Origin: Eledone cirrhosa
Lineage: Eukaryota
Reading direction: 5' to 3'
Length of the DNA stretch: 64,000 nucleotides
Assembly: GCA_964016885.1 (NCBI GenBank)
Contig: OZ024746.1
Location: 51,832,001-51,896,000 of the forward strand
The notes below the pieces were generated by a model, which was not told the DNA's origin, did no database searches, and saw only the letters and a program-made list of their open reading frames with translations. A program made the translations under genes and the position numbers. This document shows positions 38,486 to 49,955 of this stretch, one piece after another (within the stretch, counting starts at the first letter, position 1; every line of letters starts with the position of its first letter).

Positions 38486-38852
38486 ACTAGACGACTTTCA
38501 AATTGAATTGTTGGTTCCATTTCTTTAGTATTTTCAATTGTAGTTATCTACTTAAAAAGCGTTACACGGTTAGAGACATAATTCGTAAGTTATATCTTCC
38601 CTATTAAACCATTGCATTATTTCGCCTACAATAGAACAAAAATGAAATGTTCTTTAAAGAAACAGGAATATAACTTTATAAAAAAAAAAGTTGCATCCGC
38701 TTCTTTTATCATTGATAATTTTTTCGTTTTAATATTAATTGTTTTTTGTAGTTGTTTATATTAAAAATCTTACTGTAATATTTACTTAAACGAAGGCAAA
38801 CATCTAAACTTATAGATTAATCTTGAGCGAAGGACTAGATAAATCTCTCTCC

Positions 38853-38893
<41 letters not shown>

Positions 38894-39269
38894 AACGAAG
38901 AATGATAAAATTTCAAGCAAAGAGTTTAATTAGGTATATTTTGTAATATTATTAACTAATTATTATAATTAACGCGCATATTTTGCTATCCTCAAACACG
39001 TTTACACATGGCATGAAATATAACTAATCCGAGATGGCTAGGTTTCATCTTCTAACTGGATATACGAAATCCATTATGTCTTGACAACAACATGAGGTAA
39101 CATTATGTTATTCACAGACACACTTTGTACACTGTTCCATATCAGAATGTATTTCCTTCGTCACATTCACAAACAGTATTGAAAATATGTTCTTCGGCAA
39201 ATAAAAATGTTTTGTTCATAATATTTCAACTAGCGATTGCTCTACTCCACGCACGACCACCATAAATTA

Positions 39270-39460
39270 ATGACCAGCTCAACACAAGTATTGGTAGAGT
39301 GTCAGACACCATGCTTTGCAGTATTGTTATGGTCCTTTGCATTCTAAGTTCAAATCCTGCCGAGGTTAACTTCGACTTTCATACTTACTAATTCGATAAA
39401 ATAAAGTACCAGTAATGGACTGCCGTAATGGATTTGTGCCGAAAAATAGAAACACTATTA
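39270..39460 (+). mobile_element. SINE family 1, degenerate
   Basis: TTCTAAGTTCAAATCCTGCCGAGGTTAAC...TCGATAAAATAAAGTACCAGT...TTGTGCC. Confidence 0.7.
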
Positions 39461-40010
39461 ATGTGCAATAAGAGCAAAATATAACGACATTGCTCAATTA
39501 TTTTATCTAATGTTGTAATAACACAAGGAAATGTTGTTTGTGTATTTTTTTTTATATTTGCTCATAGGCTTTTACAATTTCGCTCAGCCAACAACTATTA
39601 AAAAGTGAGTTGCTTAAGATAACAATTTAATCACAAATTGTTGCTATCTTTTAATACACTCCAACAAGTCATCAAATTATGTACAATAAAAACAAATCTT
39701 ATTAATTTGCTCAGGGAATATAAAGAAAATGTATATACACTGATAATTGCAATTGTATGTAAATATTTTGTTTTTGTATTGTATATTTTATGTTTTCTAT
39801 TATGTATAATATATTGATTTAATATTGATTGTTTTTTGTAGTTGTTTATATTAAAAGTCTGAAAATATTTTTATACATCTTACACTAATATTTATAAGAT
39901 AATTTATAATAACAATTACATAATCTAATTACATTACAACGATAATTTATTATTAATATATATCCTGTTTAACTAGAGTTATTACAAGCGTTGCCTTAAA
40001 AAAATATTAA

Positions 40011-40967
40011 ACTAGACATGAAAAATGCGCAAGCTCAAAAGTGCCACAGAATGTTATAATAAACCTTCAAAAGTGTGGGACTAGAGTTGTTGCTAAAAAA
40101 TATTGTAATCATTATATATCGTACATTCTGTGGCATCCTTTATAAAAATAGCTTGAACCAACGAAGCCTTTATTTTTACGCTATTTCACTTAGTTAATTC
40201 TTAGAGTGTAACATATAAAAATAAATACATCTATGTTTAATGTAATAACAGCTATAAATAATTACGTAATATTATTATCATATACTCATAGTAACAAAAT
40301 AATTGTGTTGAAACTTAATATGATGCTTATATGAACGATCAAATCTATAATGATAATTTCTTAAATATACTAATAGTAAAATAATTTAGTTATCTATTGT
40401 TACATTTTCATAGAACTATAATATTAACAATCGTATTGCATTATCAAATTTTTATCACTACAAACTTTCATATTGGAATTACCTTAAGCCACTTATTATT
40501 ACTTCGCTTTCGTACTTTTACAGCTGTAGATATTGCGCTGTATCTTATATCTAATATCAATATCTCGTGGTAATTTGCATGAAGTGTAAAATAGGTTTAT
40601 TAATAACTTTAATATGAAATGTATTATACAGGGCTGCGGAGTCGGCCAAAAATTGACTGGCTCCAACTCAGGATCCGATACTCCATTATTTCCTAAATTT
40701 CAGCTCCGCAGCTCTGTTATTATATTAATTAATTTATTTTATAGTTGTAAATGATATTTTTATATGTTACACTCTAAGAATTAACTAAGTGAAATAGCGT
40801 AAAAATAAAGGCTTCGTTGGTTCAAGCTATTTTTATAAAGGATGCCACAGAATGTACGATATATAATGATTACAATATTTTTTAGCAACAACTCTAGTCC
40901 CACACTTTTGAAGGTTTATTATAACATTCTGTGGCACTTTTGAGCTTGCGCATTTTTCATGTCTAGT
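40011..40967. repeat. 213-bp inverted repeat with 531-bp spacer
   Basis: 40011-40223 is the reverse complement of 40755-40967; no mismatch seen by eye. Confidence 0.92.
40629..40716. mobile_element. 88-bp hAT-like mini-MITE
   Basis: TIR CAGGGCTGCGGAG / CTCCGCAGCTCTG; 8-bp flanks GTATTATA / TTATTATA. Confidence 0.7.
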
Positions 40968-41068
40968 ATATATATGTGTGTGTGTGTGTCTGTCTGTCGG
41001 TCTGTCTGTGAGTCTGTGTCTGTGTGTATATGCATATATATCTATCTATCTATATATATATATATATA

Positions 41069-41262
41069 ACAAAGGAATTGTGGTAAGGAACCAGATGGAC
41101 CATAACGCACCAGAGTACTCAATACGTAGGGTAGTAGAGTGGGAAATAGGAAAAAGTATGACCCCGACGGCAGATCTCAAGCCGTTTCGACGGCTATTTC
41201 TGCACTCAGAAATAGCCGTCGAAACGGCTTGAGCTCTGCCGTCGGGGTCATACTTTTTCCTA
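41069..41262. mobile_element. Tail+hairpin fold-back element, copy 3
   Basis: Arms 41147-41202 / 41207-41262 (1 mismatch), loop CACT; same unique segment as 1281 and 33711. Confidence 0.85.
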
Positions 41263-41272
41263 AATATATATG

Positions 41273-41342
<70 letters not shown>

Positions 41343-42429
41343 TGTCTGTGTCTGTGTGTCTGTGTGTCTGTGTGTGTCTGTGTGTGTCTGTGTGTGTCTG
41401 TGTGTCTGTGTGTCTGTGTGTGTCTGTGTGTGTCTGTGTGTGTCTGTGTGTCTGTGTGTGTGTCTGTGTGTATATTCATATATATATATATATATATATG
41501 AATATAATTTCAGCGAGATCGTGTTTCGGCTGTGGTCAATACCAAAGCGAAACGCAGTTTTCGAGATATGCGGCAAGCGCTCAATGGACTAAAAGAAGTT
41601 CAGAGCAATTAACATACGTTATAGAGGCCAGACAAACTGGGAACGGCGGTCCTGAAGTTATCAGCCACCGGAGCCAAAAAAAACGAAGCAAGCTAAACAG
41701 GTGTATGTATATGTGTGTATGTAAACTACCAGAATGATGTGTGTATGTATATGTGTGTATGTAAACTACCAGATTGATTAGGCTGAAAAGTAGATATAAA
41801 TTGACTCAAATGATTCTAACTGAAAGCATATTCAGTTTAATAGAACACTCGGATTTCTCTTGAAATATTATCATTTGTATATGAAATAAAAGAAAACGTT
41901 TTCAAAAACGTTTATAGCATTCTGTTGTCTAGTGTAAAATGCTACGGATGCGCACTCAATATGAAAAGTATTCTTCATGTATAAACTACATTTATTTAAA
42001 TGACAGATTGCTTAATTAATGTGTATTATCTATATATAAATTCGAGCGACTTCCGTCCATCCGTCTCACAATGTGTGTGCGTGCGTGTGTGTGTGTATGT
42101 GTGTGTGTGTGTGAATGCATTCGTGTGTAAAAGGAAGGAAGGGGATGGTGAAAAAACTATAGCAAAACAGCGGCTGGCATTCATTTGCTACGCTGTGTGT
42201 GTGTGTGTGTGTGTAAATGTATGTGTGTGTGTAAATGTATGTGTGTGTGTGTGTGTGTGTATATGTATGTGTGTGTGTGTGAATGTATGTGTAATGTGTG
42301 AATGTTGATTGTGTGTATGATTGTGTGAATGTTTGTGTGAATGTTTGTGTGAATGTATGTGTAAGGTATGTCTGTTAGTGTGTATTTTTGTAAGTGTGCT
42401 TGCGTTTGCGCGTTTATATTTATATACTC

Positions 42430-42680
42430 ACTAGCTGAATTACCCGGTGTTGCCCGGGTTACTGCTGTTCTTATTCAGATTAGTAAACAATAAATATGAA
42501 GATATGTTTTTTTTTCTCATAATTATTTCAAAATATCTATATTTTATTTTTTTTAAATATCAAAATTGTAATAATGATAGAATTTAGAAATGAAATTCTG
42601 TCAATCTTGAAGCACCTTAGGGTAAACAATATTCATTGTGTAATTTTTTGTTCGTGTCCAAATGAATAAATTGTTGCACA
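42430..42680 (+). mobile_element. Short Helitron/HINE-like element
   Basis: Starts ACTAGC...TACCCGGTGTTGCCCGGG as at 1897; followed by CA-rich microsatellite. Right boundary is uncertain. Confidence 0.45.
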
Positions 42681-43314
42681 TACACTCTCACACACACACA
42701 CTCACACACACACACTCACACACACACACACTCTCACATACACTCTCACATACCTATACTAAGACAGACACTCTCACATACACTCACACACACTCTCACA
42801 TACACTCACATACATTTACTAAGACAGACACACACAAACATACATTCACGCACACTATCTGTCATCAGATATGTATCTGTATATGTAGATGTGTGTGTGT
42901 GTGTTTAATTGTATATATATATATGTGTAGACGTGTGTGTGTGTGTTTAATTCTCTGAGGCCTAACGAATGTAACGAACTCGCAAACACACACACACACT
43001 CACAGACACTCATATACAATGTGATATCATCGTCGTCATCGTGGTGATTGTGGTTTACTATAGTTCACTATGGAAAGGTTATTTTAGATAGAATATTATA
43101 TTTTTTTAATCCAAATGAAAATTAAAATTACCCTGTTGACACTCCCGGGGTCTAATACTATTACCTTGTAAAATGTGTTTTTATTTGGTCCAGCCAATTG
43201 AGGATACATAGGAACAGACAGACAGACAGACAGACAAACAAAGAATTTCATATATATAGAGATACATATAAATATATGCATACACAATCGCACACACATA
43301 CACACACGCATCGG

Positions 43315-44240
43315 AGACTGAGGTCTCAAGATCAATTAAAGAGCTCAAATATGGCAAGGCCGCTGAGGAAGATGAAATCCGGCCCGAGATGTTGAAAGGC
43401 TTTCTCTGGTTGAGTCGTGTGTGACGGGTGGCCTGGATTTCTGGAAAGGCACCTAAGCAATGGCAATCGATAGAGACAAGAGAGATTGCTCCAGTTATAG
43501 AGGGATCTCCTTGTTAAGCTTCCCCAGTAAAGTCTATGTTAAGTGTCTGACAAAGAGATGTAGAAATATTGTCGAATCAAAGATAGAGACGAAGAGTGCG
43601 GCTTTCTCCTTGGACGCAGCACAACCGACCAATATTCATACTGCGGCAGATCTTCGAGAAATCGTGGGAGTATTGCCAAGAGGTGCATGCTTGTTTCATA
43701 GACATTCAAAAGGCATATGACCACATTCCACGAGACTTATTGAGGGAGGTTCTGTAGGAGTATGGGATCAATGGACAACTTGTTGCCCTGATTTCTCTAT
43801 ATGAAGGCCCTTGTATTTGTTTTCGGATAAATGGGACTAAGTCGAAACCATTCAACGGGGTTGTCAGATTCTGTCAAAGGTGCGTACGTCACCTCTCCTG
43901 GTGATGGACAGGATTGATAAGCGCTGGTATCACAACTGGTAGATGTATAATCAGTTGGCTGTAATTTTCGGGCGATATGGCATTACTTAACATCGTCAGA
44001 AGGTCATCTCCGACATGTACTTGATAGATTTGCTGCCGAGTGCTGCACAGCTGGAATGAAACTCAGTGCTGCGAAGACTGAGACACGTGTCCTCTCAAAG
44101 AAGCCTGCGCAGTGCATTCTACATATGAGTGGAGTTACAGTGAAACAGGTAGAGAATGTATGTCGGGGCCGTGTTCACGAGTGATGGAAGGCAGGAGGCT
44201 GAATTAAGTGCAAGAATTGCAGAAGTTGATGCAGTAATGC
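43315..44240 (+). pseudogene. Decayed RTE-clade (Expander/Rex3-like) RT fragment
   Basis: Across frameshifts: LKYGKAA.EDEIRPEMLK, CSSYRGISLLSFPSKVY, GRSTTDQ, LRQIFEKSWEY, FIDIQKAYD. Confidence 0.8.
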
Positions 44241-44290
44241 AGATAGACAGACCGACAAACAGACAAACATACAGACAGATAGACAAACAT

Positions 44291-44349
<59 letters not shown>

Positions 44350-44350
44350 T

Positions 44351-45576
44351 ATTTCTTTATTAGCCACAGGGGCACAAAAGAAGGGGACAAATACAAAGGG
44401 GGAAGTTTACATACAATAAAAACGTGTAAAATGTTATCACAGATGGAATTTAAAAGTTAGTCGATTTTCCCCAATAGAGGGAGACAGTTTATATGGGTAA
44501 CACAGACCCCCGAAAAAAATGTGCAACCCTCATCTCCAGGAGTACGAAGAGCTTGTACTCCTTTCCTCTCCTCCTCCTTTTCCTCAACCTACAGGCTGAT
44601 ATAGAGAGAAGGCCCATTCACTCGGGCCATTCTCGCCACTTTCACCCACCTTTCATAAAACTTGCTGGGGTACAGCACCTCTCTCTCCATCCTGATTCTT
44701 CTTCCAAAGTGGTATTTGAAAAAAAGAATCAGTTGTTGGCCGGAGAGAAAGGTGTCTGACCTCAGCCCTTTCAACCTTGTCCACCATACAACCTCTTTCG
44801 CCATAGCTATCACACAAAGGAAAACCGCCTCTCCTTCGTTTTTGAAGGAGGGTGGCGGTTTGATCATGACAATGGACTCGGTGGTCAACTGGATTGGTCC
44901 CACCCGCGACAATAGTCGTTCCACATAGCCCCACAGGTCAGTGACGCCCGGGCAGTGTATGAATGCGTGCGCGACGGTTTCTTCGTCTCGCACGCACCTC
45001 TGACAGATCTTTTTTGCAGGGTCCCTGCCCGGGCGCCCATGTCTGTAGAGCTTGTCTCGAACTGGTAGAGCTCCTCGGTAGCACTGCCAGGCCAGGGACT
45101 TTTGGAAGTTGTCCATCGGTCCCGGGCGGAAGGTCCTACCGAACAGACTGGCCAGTTCATCTTCCTCCACGCCTAGAGTTTCACCGAGCGCGTCGTCGCA
45201 CTTGCTGCGGACCAACCCTCTATAGAATGACGAAGTGGAGTCTCCACTGATCGCCGGGTCCGCCTGCCAGAGGGCTGTGAGCGCCTGAGCACATTCGATG
45301 TGCCAGTCGCCCATTTTCCTCGGTCTCTGCTTGACCCAGGACTGCAGCTCGGTCAGCGAGACGAGTCGTGGGAAGGCTCGCCTCACGAACGGGGCCCACA
45401 CCGGTTGTCCGGTGAGGAATACGTAGAGATGCCGCAGCCTGAGCGCGTGTTTGCGCATCGTCAACCACGGCATCCCCAGCCCTCCGTTAGAAGGGTGTTG
45501 GCAGCAGATGGATCTTCTTACCAAAGGAGCCCGCCTCTTCCAAAGGAATCGGAAGAGGGCGCGCTCCATTTTGGCG
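44351..45576 (-). pseudogene. 5'-truncated Tx1-clade copy within (GATA)n
   Basis: Open 326-aa ORF2 C-terminus (44589-45569); GATA repeats on both sides; 3' CCCCTGTGGCTAATAAA. Confidence 0.92.
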
Positions 45577-45607
<31 letters not shown>

Positions 45608-45608
<1 letters not shown>

Positions 45609-46536
45609 TTATTTGCCACAAAGGCGTACAAAATTGGAACATTACAAGACGTGACGGCGTGGGTTTTACATAAAATCTTTAACAATAATGAATAACAATA
45701 AACTATATATAAAATAAAACAATCGAAATCCCCATTAGGGGGGAACGTTACTGAGGGGTTGTTTTACATCCCGTGGATAGAACAACCCTCAATACCAGGA
45801 ACACGTTTTGTAGGTGTTCCCGTCTTCCCCCTGTTTGTCTTCTTCAACTTACGGGTTTATATACAGAGAAGGTCCATTCACTCGGGCCATTTTCGCCACA
45901 TTCACCCACCTTTCAGCGAATTTACTGGGGTGTAGAACCTCTCTCTCCACTCTCACCTTCCTTCTGAAGTGGTTCTTAAAGAAGGAGATGAGTTGTTGTC
46001 CGGAGAGTAAGGTGTTTGCCCTCAGTCCTTTTAACCTCGTCCACCATATTACCTCTTTCCCCATAGCCACCAGACAGAGGAAAACCGCCTCTCCTTCGTT
46101 CTTAAATGAAAGCGGCCGCGTGATCCTCACGATGGACTCGGCTGACAACTGGATGCGTCCCACACGTGACAGCAGTTGTTCGACATAATTCCACAGGTCG
46201 GAGAACCCTGGGCACTGAACAATTGCGTGCAGGACGATTTCAATGTCCTGTTCGCATCTTGTACAGGTCCTTTTGGCAGGATCTCTGCCAGGGCCTGTAG
46301 ATTTTGTCTCGGAGTGGTAGAGCTCCTCGGTAACACTACCAGGCCCCTCTGGAAGTTATCCATAGGCCCAGGACGGAAAGTCCTCCCGAACAGACTGGTC
46401 AGTTCGTCATCCTCAATGCCTAGTTTCGCCGAGAACGTCGTCGCACTTATCCTCCACTAATCCCCTATAGAATGACGAAGTGGAGTCTCCGCTGATTGCC
46501 GTTTCCGCTTGGTAGAGGGCTGTGAGCGCCTGAAGG
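45608..46536 (-). pseudogene. Second 5'-truncated Tx1-clade copy within (GATA)n
   Basis: ORF2 C-terminal pieces 45849-46163 and 46127-46363; GATA repeats on both sides. Confidence 0.88.
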
Positions 46537-46857
46537 AGATAGATAGATAGACAGATAGATAGATAGATTGATAGATTTATAGATAGATAGGTAGATAGAT
46601 AGATAGATAGACATATAGATAGATAAGAAGTAAGGTAGGTTAGATAGCTAGATAAATATATAGATATTTAGATAAGAAGCTGGATAGGTAGTTAGGTAGG
46701 GTCTGAAATAATAAAGTGAGATGAGAAAGACAGAGATGTGAAAGAAATCAGTGAATTAGTTGATAAAAACATGTGTTAAATACATCTGTAGTGAGGAGGG
46801 GGGTGAGGGGTGAGGAGGGGTGAGATGAAGGGGGGATAATCTACTCATGTCTGTTAT

Positions 46858-47186
46858 CATGTGGTGGTATCATGGTGATGTGTAGTGTGGTGGTAGTACG
46901 GTGTGATGTGGTGTAGTGTGGTGGTATGGTGTCGTTTTGTCTCGTAGTGGTGTGGTGTTGTGTGGTATGATGTGGTGGAGTGTGGTGTGGTGTGGTGTTG
47001 TGTGGTATGATGTGGTGGAGTGTGGTGTGGTGTTGTGTGGTGGAGTGTAGTATGGTGTGGTGTGGTGTCGTATAGTTTGGTGGAATGTAGGATTGTGAGG
47101 TGTAGTGTGGTGGAGTGTAGTATGGTGTGGTGTGGTGTTGTATGGTGTAGTATGGTGTAATGTTTAGCGTCGGGGTATGGTGTGGT
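46858..47186. repeat. (TGGTG/TAGTG)n pentamer microsatellite
   Basis: Visible; reverse-complement equivalent of 34500-34825. Confidence 0.9.
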
Positions 47187-47485
47187 CAGAGCCAGCTTTA
47201 TACCTTGGGGGCCCTGAGTCACTTCAGGCTTGGGAGAGTCCTTCATTTAGAAAAAAAAAAAAGAATACACAGCAAATCCCTAATTTTATATATGAAAGTT
47301 AGCTTGGCGCAAGGAATTGGAATTGAAAAGTTAGGGTATTAAATAAAAAAAATCTAACCATCCTAAAACTAAAAAGCCCAGCAGAAGACACAAATATATT
47401 GCTATGACCGTCACTTGTGCCCCCCTCTCCCCACTGCAGGGATCCGGGGCAATGCCCCCGTTTCCCCCCATTAAATCCGGTCCTA
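47187..47485. mobile_element. Possible degenerate hAT-type MITE
   Basis: Ends CAGAGCCAGCTTTA ... TAAATCCGGTCCTA with GGGGCCC/GCCCC subterminal motifs; 6/8 flank match. Confidence 0.35.
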
Positions 47486-47603
47486 GATGTGATGTAGTAC
47501 AGTTGTGATGTGTGGTGTGAAGATGTATTCCTTATATTTATTAATGTATGAATTAATATGCTGATGAATGATAAAATACATAGACATATACATACAGGTG
47601 GAG

Positions 47604-47750
47604 TGAAGGCGCATGGCTTAGTGGTTAGAGCAATAGTCTTGCAATCGAAAGGTTGTGAGTTCAATTCTCGGACCGGATGATGTGTTGCTTCCTTGAGCAA
47701 GACACTTTGTTTCACGTTGCTCAAGTTTACTCAGCTGTAGAAATGAGATA
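47604..47750 (+). mobile_element. CORE-type SINE family 2, 5' part
   Basis: GAAGGCGCATGGCTTAGTGGTTAGAGC...GTGAGTTCAATTCTCGGACC...CCTTGAGCAAGACACTT. Confidence 0.8.
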
Positions 47751-48127
47751 TACCAAAGAGATATACCTTGGAGGAGGCCAGCTAAATCTGCATAGATGTG
47801 AGCTGTCACACATACAGGTGGACCTATTGAATTGACGGGACAGGTATCGGCTGATTACAGAAGCCAAACAAAGAAAGGACGAGGAAAATCATGCCATTGT
47901 TACCTCCTACGGACAACTGACGCTGCAAACCAGGTCCGAACACAGAAGAGCCCGAACTCCCACTGTCATCGCCTCCATCTCTCTCGCCCTCCCCATCTCT
48001 CTGTATTATGAGCAAATGGGATCCCACGTGCTGGCCGTCCCATGGCCCCGGCAGATAGAATGGAGAAGGCGTTTCCCCGGAGAATGGTAAGGGAGATGCG
48101 CTGGAAGAGTCATTCCACCTGCAGCGA

Positions 48128-48580
48128 GATGTAGTGTAGTGTGGTTGTACTGTGGTTTAGTGTAGTATGATGCGGTGTAGTGTAGGGTTGTGTAGTGTAG
48201 TGTAGTGTGATCGTAGTTTGGTGGTGTGGTGTGGTGTGTTGGTGTAGTGAAGTTTGGCGCAGGGATTATAGTATGATGTGGACTAGTATGGTGTAGTGAT
48301 TTGGGGTTGTGGTGTTTAGTATGATAGTGTGATATCTAGTGGTGTGTGTTTCTGTGGTGTCGTCTGGCGGTGTATTGGAGATGTGATGTGTTTTATGTCG
48401 CGCCATGGTGTAGATGTGTGGGTTGGTGGTGTGATGTGTGCTCTTGTGGTACGCTGTGTTGTATAGTGAATAGTGTGATGTGGTGTGATATGATGTGTTG
48501 TAGTATAATATGATGTAGCCTGCTGTAGTTTGGTGGAATTTAGTGTAGTTTATTTTAGTGTAGTGTGAAGAGTGGTGTAG
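48128..48580. repeat. Degenerate (GTGTA/GTGTG)n pentamer repeat
   Basis: Visible; C-poor on + strand. Confidence 0.85.
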
Positions 48581-48585
48581 CGTGT

Positions 48586-48912
48586 GAAGGTGCGTGGCTT
48601 AGTGGTTAGAGCATTGGGCTTGCAATTGAAAGGTTGTGAGTTTGATTCTCGGACCGAGTGATGCACTGTGTCCTTGAGCAAGACACTTTATTTCACGCTG
48701 CTCCAGTTTACTTAGCTGTAGAAATTAGTTGCGACGTCACTGGTGCCAAGCTGTATCAGCCTTTGCCTTTCCATTAAACAACTTCGGTGGCGTGGCGAGG
48801 GAAGACTGGTATGCATGGGTGACTGCTGGTCTTCCACAAAACAAAACTTGCCCAGGCTTGTGCTTCGGATGGAAACTTTCTAGGTGCAATACCATGGTCA
48901 TTCATGACCGAG
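48586..48912 (+). mobile_element. CORE-type SINE family 2, near full length
   Basis: Collinear with 4929-5235. Confidence 0.82.
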
Positions 48913-49659
48913 TGGGGCCTTCTTCATTCAGTTCACGATCGCAAAGTCGCGAATTCGATTCCCGGCACAGTGTTGTATCTTTGAGCAGGAGACATTTTAA
49001 CCCGATGTCCCAGTCTAATCACCTGTCACACCCTATAACATGTTCATTTCACAGTTTTATAAATAACATTGCAAATTGTTCACAATTCTTTCAGAATGAA
49101 AATATAAACACAAATATAAAAACATATAATAAATACAATTACCTATGAAACCTCAAATATATAACGCACCAAAATATACGATCAGAGCGAGAGAGAAAAA
49201 AAGAGGAGGGGGGTTACACAAGTGACCATCCATTCACCACCGAGTGCGACAATCAGCCACACATCACAAGGGTCAACGGAAATCTTTGAGGCAAACAAAT
49301 ACGCAAAAACACCCAAGCGCCCTCGTGAGCATCACTCGACATTTCAGTAAGGCGAGCCGCCAACGATGACAAAGATTTCGCTTTCAGCGACCCAACTACA
49401 CTTAAACGTCTCGAACGCCACAAGCTGGAAAAAAATAATTGTTTGATTTTTCCGGATATTTTCGGATTTTATTCCGTCCGACAACGGAAGCAGTGACCCT
49501 CAACATTTAACCGCGGCATCCATGATATAGGAGGTAACAAAAAAAGCTCATTGACAATGGCTTCCCAGATGAGACACCTGGCTCTTACCCAAGGTCAAAT
49601 GGTAAAGGCCGTCTGGTCCCTTCCCATCACTTCTGGACTATCCAGCTGGCTCCAGAACT

Positions 49660-49798
49660 GAAGTGGGTATTTACCTGAGCTAGGGTCTGCTTAATGATCA
49701 GGTTTAGCTGGGGTACACGTGGCTATGGAATATTCAGCGGTTTGCTCGTTAATTTCACAACCAAGCTGTTTTGTTGATCGAATCAACTGGAACGCCCT
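49660..49798 (-). mobile_element. Fragment of another interspersed repeat/SINE
   Basis: Minus strand GTTCCAGTTGATTCGATCAAC..AACAGC...GTGAAATTAACG...CACGTGTACCC resembles, from memory, an abundant octopod repeat; single copy here. Confidence 0.4.
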
Positions 49799-49955
49799 TC
49801 GCAACATAGGTCAACACACTTAGAATATATTACAGTGCGTTGTGTTGTATAGGTCGGTATGTAGTGTAATACAGTGTTGTTTTGTATGGCGCATGGCTTT
49901 AATAATAATTGATACGGAGTGACTGTGTTTTCGTAATGTGATATGTTGTGATACG

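Noticed and set aside
38728-39856. ~40-bp AT-rich direct repeat (38728 and 39818)
   Set aside because: Short and low complexity; no associated structure.
47790-48125. GC-richer unique segment, possible exon
   Set aside because: No recognisable protein motif or convincing splice context.
49190-49660. Possible decayed L1/Tx1 3' end on minus strand (ARCLIW, FETFKCSWV)
   Set aside because: Only weak motif resemblance across stops; cannot be supported without a search.
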